Positions 1 to 7,991 of a stretch of DNA of 31,592 nt are shown here, piece by piece. A program made the translations under genes and the position numbers. Source of the DNA: Candidatus Bathyarchaeota archaeon (lineage in GTDB: Archaea > Thermoproteota > Bathyarchaeia > TCS64); contig JBDRQD010000079.1 in assembly GCA_043826455.1 (NCBI GenBank), positions 1 to 31,592 of the forward strand, read 5' to 3'. Position 1 is the stretch's first letter. Each line of letters starts with the position of its first letter. The notes beneath the pieces are model-generated. The model ran no database searches, was not told where the DNA came from, and was given only the letters and a program-made list of their open reading frames with translations.

Positions 1-180
1 GTATCCCTCGGCGATGGTCAGGTCCTTGCCCACCATGCCGCGCTTGGTCGTCGTGAAGGGGCCTTGGCCGCAGCTGAAGGCTATGTTTCCGGCCCACTTG
101 GCCCCTATGTAGTTGCCCTTGGGACCGGGCGCCTCGGGGAGCTTGATGCCAAGCTCTTTCATACGTTCCTCTACGTTCAT
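1..180 (-). CDS. RidA/YjgF/YER057c/UK114 family protein (5' part; runs off the window)
   Basis: Not in the ORF track. Hand translation from ATG at 180: MNVEERMKELGIKLPEAPGPKGNYIGAKWAGNIAFSCGQGPFTTTKRGMVGKDLTIAEGY, matching the LGI.LP...P.GNY...SGQ.P...G.VG.DLT start of Rid1-type proteins. Confidence 0.85.
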   Translation of the reverse strand, partial: MNVEERMKELGIKLPEAPGPKGNYIGAKWAGNIAFSCGQGPFTTTKRGMVGKDLTIAEGY

Positions 181-316
181 ACACCCATAATAGCGGTACT
201 CAGCTTTAGATTTTTTCTAATCCGGAGAAGCGATATGGTCTAGGCATCAACTCCCTAAAAGATGCTGGGCATGGGCCTCGTATTCACGGGGGTGCTGACA
301 GCCCAGTTGGCGTCGT

Positions 317-580
317 TTATAGGTGGGGGCAGAAGCTGAACTCCCGGTTATCCATGGCGGTGTACCCCGCCTCCGTCAAAGCCACCCTTGAGCCGTCTAG
401 CCTCACGAAGCCGATTCCCTCCAGGTAACGTAGGTCAACCTTCACGGCCTCCAGGTCGGCCTCAAGGAAGCGGGCTAAGCTTTCCACATCCACCGAGGCT
501 TCACACAACGTGCCGCTACCGTAGAGCGTGGCCATGATGTGCATTCTCCTTTCTTCCTCCGGGTAGCTCACACCAGCCAT
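317..580 (-). CDS. small winged-helix-like hypothetical protein
   Basis: ATG at 580 preferred over 637, whose upstream extension is AT-rich promoter-like DNA. LARFL...VKVDLRYLEGIGFVRL....ALTEAG resembles the wHTH recognition helix and wing. Confidence 0.6.
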   Translation of the reverse strand: MAGVSYPEEERRMHIMATLYGSGTLCEASVDVESLARFLEADLEAVKVDLRYLEGIGFVRLDGSRVALTEAGYTAMDNREFSFCPHL

Positions 581-673
581 GGAAACGCCATGAGTTAAAT
601 GGTTTACCTTAGAGTGATACAGATTGCATATGTTCATGTCATAAATAAAATTTGATGAGGCTGCGGATAGCTT

Positions 674-1348
674 CTATGAGAATTTCACCAAGGACACCGT
701 TTTAAACTCCAGGCTTCGCCCATTGTCCGGTCCGGGCAGCACCCTTATGTAGAGCTGCCTAGAGCCGGTGTAGAGGTTACCGAAGGGCACTGTGACTCGC
801 GTCCAGTCGACGCCCGCCCTGAGATCGGCGTAGAACAAGACGTACCCGTCCAGATGAACCTCCATCCGGATCCCTGTGCCTTTCATGTCGAAGGCCACGC
901 CCTGGTTAATGGCCACGTTGATGGTCCGCACCGCGTATGAACCGGTCCCCGAGTTCTGCTGTAGTATGATGGTCTCACCAGTTCTTCCACCAGGTCCTTC
1001 AATGGTCCAGCTTTGGGCGAGAATAGAAGAGACATCTGAGGCTGAACCCAGAGTCGTGTAGACCGAGTAGAACCCTGTGGGACCCTGGAGGCCTGCTGGA
1101 CCCAGGGGGCCTGTCTGGCCGGGTGGCCCCTGTACGCCTGGAAGACCATCTGATCCTGGGAGCCCCTGTACTCCCTTGGGTCCCTCTGGTCCGGTGGCTC
1201 CTGTGGGGCCTGGGATCCCCTGCGACCCCTTGAAGGCTTCTTGTATTGTAGGTTGCTGTAGTAAAAAGAGAGTAAATCCTGTTGATGCTATCACTGAGAT
1301 GAGCACGGACACGATGACGGTGATGGCTAAACTTTCTGTTTTCTGCAT
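674..1348 (-). CDS. membrane-anchored collagen-like protein
   Basis: N-terminal hydrophobic helix, then 17 uninterrupted Gly-X-Y triplets, then a beta-rich globular C-terminal domain. Confidence 0.85.
   Translation of the reverse strand: MQKTESLAITVIVSVLISVIASTGFTLFLLQQPTIQEAFKGSQGIPGPTGATGPEGPKGVQGLPGSDGLPGVQGPPGQTGPLGPAGLQGPTGFYSVYTTLGSASDVSSILAQSWTIEGPGGRTGETIILQQNSGTGSYAVRTINVAINQGVAFDMKGTGIRMEVHLDGYVLFYADLRAGVDWTRVTVPFGNLYTGSRQLYIRVLPGPDNGRSLEFKTVSLVKFS
1076..1228 (-). repeat. collagen Gly-X-Y coding repeat (17 triplets)
   Basis: [51 protein letters not shown]. Confidence 0.9.
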
Positions 1349-1514
1349 GTTTAATCAAGACAGTCATGGTGTATTAAAACCTGCATTAAATGGAGTGCAC
1401 GGGTGTTAAACGCGCACCAACAAGAGTCCATGGAACAAGTATTCCGCTTCTAGGAACAGGCTGTCCACGGGGTTCCTTAAGGTAGACATCAGCCCATGGT
1501 GACCTCGATGAGAG

Positions 1515-2282
1515 ATGAGGACAACCAAGACCCTCCTCATAGCGGCCATGGTGATGGCCGCAGCCCTCGCGGTGGGCCTGACCCCGATATATGCCCAGCC
1601 CGAGGCAGACACATCCCAATCTGAGCCATTTTTCAACAGGGCTCAGCAGCTGGAGCGCCTCAGGGATGCCCTGAGGAACAGGCTCCAGACACGGCAGAGC
1701 ATCAGCGAAGCCGAACCCCTCGCGGAATTAGACGTAGACGACCTGGATGAGGCGGAGGCCGAGTCCATGATAGGCAACGTCGAGGACGCGGCAGCCACCG
1801 AAGAGGCCCCAGGACCCATCTGGCTGGTCCACGTGAGGGGCTTCTCCTGGGCGGCAGCTGACACTGAGGACACCGAGGAGAGAAACCCCATGGGTATGAA
1901 CTTGGTGGTCCGCAAGGTCAAGACCACCGAGATAGGAACCCTCTACGAGGTGGTCCGAGGCGTGATGGGCCACAACGGTGAGCGCGTGAAGGTAGAAGGC
2001 AAGGCGGTGCTGCTGGGCGACGGCGTGTTCGCCATGAAGCTGCACGGCGAGGACCTGGAATTGAAGGCAGTGGGCAGGATTGCCCCAGCCCGGATAGGCG
2101 TGAGGGTGGCCATGAAGGGCAGACTCGTCCACGACAGAGAGGATTACAGCTTCAAGATGACGGGAAGGGCGATCCCCACGAGGCTCATGTGGGCGTGGAG
2201 GCGGAACGCCCCCGCCGCAGACGAGGCGCAGCCTAAGCCCAGCACCACCCGAAACAGGGTTGCCAAGGGCGTCACCGCCTAA
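1515..2282 (+). CDS. secreted hypothetical protein
   Basis: Signal-peptide-like N-terminus (MRTTKTLLIAAMVMAAALAVGLTPIYA), acidic linker, beta-strand-rich domain; backbone codon bias; T-tracts right after the stop. Confidence 0.75.
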   Translation: MRTTKTLLIAAMVMAAALAVGLTPIYAQPEADTSQSEPFFNRAQQLERLRDALRNRLQTRQSISEAEPLAELDVDDLDEAEAESMIGNVEDAAATEEAPGPIWLVHVRGFSWAAADTEDTEERNPMGMNLVVRKVKTTEIGTLYEVVRGVMGHNGERVKVEGKAVLLGDGVFAMKLHGEDLELKAVGRIAPARIGVRVAMKGRLVHDREDYSFKMTGRAIPTRLMWAWRRNAPAADEAQPKPSTTRNRVAKGVTA

Positions 2283-2283
2283 A

Positions 2284-2306
2284 CCCCTTTTTTCCGCTGG
2301 TTTTTT
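2284..2306 (+). terminator. archaeal oligo-T terminator candidate
   Basis: CCCCTTTTTTCCGCTGGTTTTTT directly after the 2282 stop. Confidence 0.5.
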
Positions 2307-2342
2307 ACATGATCCATGCATCCTTGTCTTGGTGACCTCTGG

Positions 2343-3149
2343 TTGGCTTGGAGAAGCAAGTACGTTGACTGGTTCAGAGTAGTACAGGGTGAGCTGGGTG
2401 AGCTTCTTCCTTCACTCAGCGACGCGGAGGTGATAGAGTGCGTGACGGTCGACGACGAGGCAAACATACCACTGGGCGACAGGGGTAAGCCTCTCCCAGC
2501 CCTACACCTGAAGGTGGGGGACGGTGGCGTGACCCTGGCCGTAAGGTACGACGAGAAGAGCAGCATGGACCACCTCTCCAACGTCCTCAACGAGGCCCAC
2601 AGCGAACAGAGGAGGATGCTACTCAGGGAGCTGGCTGGCCTTGACGCCAGGTACCAGACAAGGCTCTACAGGCGGCAACGCGACTCCGAGAAGCTGGAGC
2701 TGACGAGGAACTACCTGTCCGGCAGGCTGGATGAGCAGCTCCTCAGCCGCCTCCTGGACGAGGCGGAGGCCCAGAGGAGGGGGGGAGCCCGCGTGGAGCA
2801 GGGGCGGAGCATCTACCAGCAGCCCACCCACACGTCGCTGAGCTTCATCGAGGTCTCCACGGGCCTCGACCCCGTGGAGCTGAGGGAAGCCGCTGGGCGC
2901 CTGAGGCCGGTCCTGGAGCTCCTGCTGGGCATCAGGACCCAGAGGGAGATCATCAAGGAGCGCCTGGAGAAGCCACGGAAGAGGGTGAACCTCTACAAGG
3001 AGTACGTTGACATGCTTAACGAGGCGCGGGGGATGGGACTCATCTCCGCTGAGAAGCGGCGGGAGCTGGACAGGCAGTGGCGTGAGAACCCGGGTGACAG
3101 GGACAGCCTCATGGCTGATTTGAGGAGGCTCCTGGGTCCACGGGAATAG
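2343..3149 (+). CDS. hypothetical protein
   Basis: Long ORF with backbone codon bias. In-frame TTG at 2343 follows GGTGA at 2331-2335 (track start 2316). No motif recognised. Confidence 0.7.
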   Translation: MAWRSKYVDWFRVVQGELGELLPSLSDAEVIECVTVDDEANIPLGDRGKPLPALHLKVGDGGVTLAVRYDEKSSMDHLSNVLNEAHSEQRRMLLRELAGLDARYQTRLYRRQRDSEKLELTRNYLSGRLDEQLLSRLLDEAEAQRRGGARVEQGRSIYQQPTHTSLSFIEVSTGLDPVELREAAGRLRPVLELLLGIRTQREIIKERLEKPRKRVNLYKEYVDMLNEARGMGLISAEKRRELDRQWRENPGDRDSLMADLRRLLGPRE

Positions 3150-3579
3150 CCGTCTGGGTGTATAAGCTCTCCCGGGCCAAGGCGCTGCTGTGCTTGTCCA
3201 CCGTGTCCCTTATGAGGCGGATAAACTGGACGTACTGGCCGGGGTCATCCACCTTACAGATGACGGCGTCCACCCCCGCCTCCTCAGCCTCCTCCAGAAC
3301 GTCCTCGATGCTCATCCCCGTGTAGAGGATGCACGGGACGCTTCTAGCTGCCTTGATCCTCTTGATGAGGCTGACGCCGCTGACCCTGGGCATATAGTAG
3401 TCCACGACGACGCAGTCGTAGCGGCCGCTAACGACCGCTTCCAAGACCTTGTTTGGATCATCCAAGGTGGCAACCTCTATCCCTGAGTCGAAGCTTCTAA
3501 TCATGGGCTTCAGCAGAGCTAGGAACATGGGGTCGTTGTCCACGAAGAGCACCCTCAGGGGAGGACCGTGATCAGGCAA
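3109..3579 (-). CDS. stand-alone response regulator receiver (canonical)
   Basis: VLFVDND acidic pocket, phospho-Asp in CVVVDYYMP, ILYT, conserved Lys in VICK; no output domain. Confidence 0.9.
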   Translation of the reverse strand: MPDHGPPLRVLFVDNDPMFLALLKPMIRSFDSGIEVATLDDPNKVLEAVVSGRYDCVVVDYYMPRVSGVSLIKRIKAARSVPCILYTGMSIEDVLEEAEEAGVDAVICKVDDPGQYVQFIRLIRDTVDKHSSALARESLYTQTAIPVDPGASSNQP

Positions 3580-3629
3580 GCTTTTTTTCAGTTGATGCCT
3601 CCCCTGTGTGTTTTAAGAGTTGATGGATC

Positions 3630-4136
3630 TTAGACAGGGACCGACTCGTTGTTGCTTCTCATGATCTGGTAGTTCTTCACCTGCCAGGTGGTCCTGGGAT
3701 CGTTCCTGTACTTGCGCCGGGGGTTGCCGACGCGGTACCGTTTAATTATCTCCCTGATGAAGCGGATGAGGGCCGGGTAGTACCTGGGGTCCTTGACCTT
3801 CATGTAGTAGCCGTTGACGCCTGAGGCCTGGGCGATCTTGGCGATCTCCTCGTACTCCCTAGAGGTGTACAGGATGGTGGGGATGGGCTTCACGTTCTTC
3901 ACCGACTTGAAGATGTTCACGTCGTGGCTGACGGCGATGATGTACTCCGAGATAACGCAGTCGTAGTCGAACCTCTGGACGGCCTCCACTGCCTTCCGTG
4001 GGTCGGACAAGGTGTCCACGTGCATGAGGGGGTCGTAGCTCTCGATGAGAGGCTTAACAAGCACTAGCTTCATGGGGTCATCGTCGACGAATAAGACCCA
4101 TACCTCTTCCACCGTCTCTTCTTTGCCGTCGCTCAA
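3630..4136 (-). CDS. atypical (Asp-to-Glu) stand-alone receiver domain protein
   Basis: VLFVDDD, ILYT and YYMK retained, but the acceptor position reads CVISEY; basic C-terminal tail. Confidence 0.8.
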   Translation of the reverse strand: MSDGKEETVEEVWVLFVDDDPMKLVLVKPLIESYDPLMHVDTLSDPRKAVEAVQRFDYDCVISEYIIAVSHDVNIFKSVKNVKPIPTILYTSREYEEIAKIAQASGVNGYYMKVKDPRYYPALIRFIREIIKRYRVGNPRRKYRNDPRTTWQVKNYQIMRSNNESVPV

Positions 4137-4206
4137 TACGCCCAGGCGACTATGCAGGAAAAACGATTATATCATTTATTAATGATTGATATAGGTCAAA
4201 CATCCA

Positions 4207-4566
4207 TCAAACGATAATTGATAGCTTTTCCTTGACGTAGCCCCTGTGACACCGGGCCTCATCCCTCTCTGCGCACAGGAGCACCACCACAGGGTGGGTC
4301 GCGGCCAGCTCCCTGAGCTTCTCCAGGCCCTTGGCCTCGTCCACGAGGACTGGTGGCGTGGACCTTGATGCATTGCCCAGCTCCCTTATCCAGACGTACC
4401 GGTGGCCCAGCCTCTTCTCCAGCTGCGGCTTCGTGTAGGCCCCAAGGAAGGCGTTGAAGGGGTTCTCCCGCACATCCACAACTAAGTCTGGTTTGAGGGC
4501 CTCCAACTCCGCGAAGAAGTTCTCGGGCCTCATGCCGCCGTACCCAATGGTCTTGACCGTCACCAA
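4207..4566 (-). CDS. DUF488 family protein
   Basis: TIGYG, VVDVR..P, Y.WIRELG and LLCAE.D...CHR motifs. Confidence 0.85.
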   Translation of the reverse strand: MVTVKTIGYGGMRPENFFAELEALKPDLVVDVRENPFNAFLGAYTKPQLEKRLGHRYVWIRELGNASRSTPPVLVDEAKGLEKLRELAATHPVVVLLCAERDEARCHRGYVKEKLSIIV

Positions 4567-4624
4567 CCAGTACTAGGGGGAGCTTTACACCGATAAGGGT
4601 TGACCCCCGAACAAGTGGAGGGGG

Positions 4625-6316
4625 TTAGAGCCCCACGGCCATGGACTCGAAGCCCGTGAGCAGGGTGTAGACGCCGCCGTGGAGCAGCCCCGTCTCGGGG
4701 TCCCTCAGCACAGCTACGGGCCTGCCCCAGCTCTTCAACTCCGCGTCCACCCAGACCACGTCGTGGCCCATCTCCGTGAGACGCTCCCGGACCCTCAGAG
4801 GGAGCCGCGAGTCCACGAAGACCGCGCCCGTCTCCCGGGTGACCCTGGGGGCGTCCACGGCGTCCTGGATGCCCATCCCGTAGTCCACCACGTGGCTCAT
4901 GACCTGGGCCACAGAGACCTGGATGTTGCGGCCCCCGGGTGCCCCCAGCGCCATGAGGGGCTCTCCTTCCCTGAGCACCACCGTGGGGCACACGTTCTGG
5001 ATGCGCCTCTTCCTGCCGTCTATGCTGTTGGCGTTGCCGGGCGTCGGGTCCAGCCCGTACATGGCGTTGTTCATCACTATGCCGGTGCCAGGGATGACCA
5101 CGCCGCAGCCGAAGCTGTTCACCAAGGTCTGGTTGACGCACACCATGTTCCCCGCCTTGTCGGCCACGGCGAGAGCCGTGGTGCACTCGGGCTCGTGGGG
5201 CCAGGGGTCACCGGGCTCTACAGCTCCGGCCTTGTCGAGGCTGATCCGTTTCCTGAGCGTGGCTGCGTACTCCTTGGAGACTAGACCCCTCTGAGGCACA
5301 TCCACGCAACCGGGGTCCCCCATGTACTTGAACCGGTCCGCGAAGGCTAGGCCGATGGCCTCCGTCACCAGGTGGAGTGCTTCCGGCGACCCGTAGCCCA
5401 TGGAGGCCAGGTCGTAGCCCTCCAGGATGTTGAGTATCTGCATCATGGTGGTGCCTGAGTGGGTGGGATCGTAGACCACCTGGAGGCCCCGGTAGCTGCC
5501 GGGCTCAGGGGAATGGGTTATGGGCTCGTACGTGGCCATGTCCTCCTTGGTGATGAGGCCTCCGCCGCTCCGTATCTCCTTCACGATGGCGTCGGCTATA
5601 CAACCCCTGTAGAAGACCTCCGGGCCCTCATTCATGATGGCTCTGAGGCATTTGGCCAGCTCGGGGTTTCTGAGCCTGTGGGGCTGGGCCATCTCGTGGC
5701 TGTAGGGGAGGTAGGGGAAACGGCCACCGCGTAGATACACTCTCCTCCACTCGTCGAACCTCCAGAAGGCCTCCATCCGCCTGAATATGTGGTCGGAGGT
5801 CCACCACCCGACGACGAAGCCTTCCTCGGCCACCTTGGCCGCGGGCTCGATTACCTGCCTCAGGGTGAGGGCCCCATACCTTTCCAGGGCGGCTGACAGG
5901 CCGGCCACCGTACCGGGGACGACGCAGGCCTTGTGGCCGACGACGTTCTCGTCCCCCTTGACCTTCTTCCAGCCCATCCACCCGGCCTCGGTGGTCCCCT
6001 CCAGTTCGTACATCTCGGGGCCGCTGGCTGATGCGGGGCGGCCCACGTAGTCTATGACTATGTTCTCCCCTGACTCCAGGTGGATGGTCATGACGCCCTC
6101 GCCGCCTATGCCGTTCATGGCGGGCTCCACGACGCAGTCCATGAAGGCTGAGGCCACGGCCGCGTCCACGGCGTTGCCCCCCAGCCGTATCATCTTGAGG
6201 CCGGCCTCCCCTATGAGGGGGTGCTTGGAGGCCACCACGGCGTTCTCGGCGACGCAGGGGTGTCTTCCCGCCCCCGTCCACCGCTGCTTCTGGTAGATGA
6301 AACCGTCTGAACTCAT
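4625..6316 (-). CDS. ggt: gamma-glutamyltransferase family Ntn-hydrolase (cytoplasmic, atypical binding motif)
   Basis: GGNAVDAAVA, GIGGEG, VPGTVAG, AFADR..YMGDP, autocleavage Thr in ECTTALAVAD, FGCG...PGTGIVMNN, GAPGG; no signal peptide. Confidence 0.9.
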   Translation of the reverse strand: MSSDGFIYQKQRWTGAGRHPCVAENAVVASKHPLIGEAGLKMIRLGGNAVDAAVASAFMDCVVEPAMNGIGGEGVMTIHLESGENIVIDYVGRPASASGPEMYELEGTTEAGWMGWKKVKGDENVVGHKACVVPGTVAGLSAALERYGALTLRQVIEPAAKVAEEGFVVGWWTSDHIFRRMEAFWRFDEWRRVYLRGGRFPYLPYSHEMAQPHRLRNPELAKCLRAIMNEGPEVFYRGCIADAIVKEIRSGGGLITKEDMATYEPITHSPEPGSYRGLQVVYDPTHSGTTMMQILNILEGYDLASMGYGSPEALHLVTEAIGLAFADRFKYMGDPGCVDVPQRGLVSKEYAATLRKRISLDKAGAVEPGDPWPHEPECTTALAVADKAGNMVCVNQTLVNSFGCGVVIPGTGIVMNNAMYGLDPTPGNANSIDGRKRRIQNVCPTVVLREGEPLMALGAPGGRNIQVSVAQVMSHVVDYGMGIQDAVDAPRVTRETGAVFVDSRLPLRVRERLTEMGHDVVWVDAELKSWGRPVAVLRDPETGLLHGGVYTLLTGFESMAVGL

Positions 6317-6398
6317 GGTAATGGATCGTTTAAATTGGTATAATAAACCAGGGGCCGTCTGGGTAACCCTTGTATATGGGGACCCCTTTGATCAGGGT

Positions 6399-6719
6399 AT
6401 GTCTGAAGAGAAGCTAGCGGAGTTCCTTGAGAAGGGTAAGGATTGGGACAAGGTGAAGACCACCGTCCCGGGTGTGTTCGTCATGAAGATGCCGGGCAGC
6501 AAGACCAGGCCGGCCAGCCTCTCCGTGGAGGTTAATCCGGTAGACGCCGGCGGCAGCCCCACCAAGAGGCGTGGACTCATCATCCGCGGCGTGGAGGAGT
6601 ACCTGGAGTTCAAGGAGATACTGCTCAACGAGAAGCTGGAGAGCCTCCTGGAGATGCTGGAGGACGTGAACCCCGAGACAGGGAAGAGCAAAGCCAGCAA
6701 AGACGTCATAGAGATCTGA
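6399..6719 (+). CDS. conserved archaeal hypothetical protein
   Basis: ATG 6399 (MSEEKLAEFLEKGKDWDKVKTTVPGVF...EVNPVD...PTKRRGL), about 25 bp after TGTATAT. Track start 6297 overlaps ggt and is unlikely. Confidence 0.75.
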   Translation: MSEEKLAEFLEKGKDWDKVKTTVPGVFVMKMPGSKTRPASLSVEVNPVDAGGSPTKRRGLIIRGVEEYLEFKEILLNEKLESLLEMLEDVNPETGKSKASKDVIEI

Positions 6720-6758
6720 CCAGAAAACCTTTCACCCACATCCACCCAGTAAAGTGGT

Positions 6759-7847
6759 ATGTACGAGGAACTCAAGGAACTGTTTTTCAGTCTCCTGGAG
6801 GTGGACAGCCCCAGCGGCTTCGAGGAGCCCATGATGAAGCGCCTCATGACGCTGCTGGAGCCCCTCTGCGACGAGGTGTACCAGACCCCCAGAGGAAACG
6901 TTGTGGGGGTGCAGAGGGGAACCGACCCCGAAGCCCCCAAGGTCGCCCTGGCAGCACACATGGACCAGGTGGGCTTCGTGGTCTTCAACATCGACCCCAG
7001 GGGCTTCATCAGGTTCAGGAAGCTGGGCGGAGCCGTGGATAGGAGCATCCAGGGCCACCAAGTGAAGATACTCACCGAGAAGGGACCCGTCATCGGGGTC
7101 GTGGGGCTGAAGCCCGGCCACATAACCAGGCCCGAGGAGGCCAGGCAGATACCGCCCATAGAGGAGATGTACATAGACATCGGCGCCAGGAGCCCGGAGG
7201 AGTGCGCGGAGAGGGGCGTCAAGGTGGGCACCCCCATAGTCTGGAACACGCGACCCGTGGAACTGGGCAATGGCCTGGTGGCCACCGCGGCCGCCGACGA
7301 CAGGGCCGGCCTGGCCGTCATCTTATCAGTGGCAAGGAACCTAAAGGGCAGGAGGATACCAGCTGCCGTATACTACATAGGCACCGTGGAGGAGGAGATC
7401 GGGCGCCTGGGCGCCGCCGTGGCTGCGTACGACCTGGACGTAGACATGGCCGTGGCCGTGGACACGTGCCCGGCCGGGTGGCAGCCCGACGTGAACATGA
7501 GGGACCTCCCCATCGAGGTGGGCCTCGGGCCGAGCCTGCAGATAGGGGAGTTCAGCAGCGGCGGGTTCAGGGTGGGGAGCCAGTTGGTGAGACGGTGGCT
7601 CATGGAGGCCGCCGATGCGAACGGCTTACCATACCAGACAGGGTTCCAGTACGGCGGCACTGATGCCTCCGCGCTGCAGCAGACCAGATCAGGGATACCC
7701 TCTGTACCGTTCAACGTCCCCCGCAGGTACAGCCACAGCCCCGTGGAGGTTCTCAGCATGGGTGACCTGCACAACCTGGTGGATATCCTCACCCACGCCG
7801 TGTCCGGACTGCGGAGAGGCTTCAGCACCCTGAGGGTGCAGCAGTAG
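6759..7847 (+). CDS. M42 family (TET-like) aminopeptidase
   Basis: SPSGFE, AHMDQVG, ADDRAG, VEEEIG, AVD, GGTDA, RYSHSP.E metal and catalytic motifs. Confidence 0.92.
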   Translation: MYEELKELFFSLLEVDSPSGFEEPMMKRLMTLLEPLCDEVYQTPRGNVVGVQRGTDPEAPKVALAAHMDQVGFVVFNIDPRGFIRFRKLGGAVDRSIQGHQVKILTEKGPVIGVVGLKPGHITRPEEARQIPPIEEMYIDIGARSPEECAERGVKVGTPIVWNTRPVELGNGLVATAAADDRAGLAVILSVARNLKGRRIPAAVYYIGTVEEEIGRLGAAVAAYDLDVDMAVAVDTCPAGWQPDVNMRDLPIEVGLGPSLQIGEFSSGGFRVGSQLVRRWLMEAADANGLPYQTGFQYGGTDASALQQTRSGIPSVPFNVPRRYSHSPVEVLSMGDLHNLVDILTHAVSGLRRGFSTLRVQQ

Positions 7848-7991
7848 ACAACGCCAAGCTCCTATTATTCAAACTTTTTTCGTTAATAAAAAAGGAAACC
7901 TCCCCAAGAGCAGAGTCGAAGATCTATATCATAAATATGTAGGCATAGGCCCAGAATCATCAAATACTTATTTTCAGCTTGGTTTGATGGC

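Noticed and set aside
262..339. Short hydrophobic ORF MLGMGLVFTGVLTAQLASFIGGGRS resembling a channel helix
   Set aside because: Only 25 aa, in-frame stops just upstream, overlaps the end of the wHTH gene; too weak to call.
1076..1228. Periodic DNA that might suggest a CRISPR or tandem array
   Set aside because: 9-nt periodicity is explained by Gly-X-Y coding; no repeat-spacer structure or cas genes in the window.
1432..1492. GGAACA repeats and short dyads in the divergent promoter
   Set aside because: Arms of 4-6 bp with inconsistent spacing; not distinguishable from chance.
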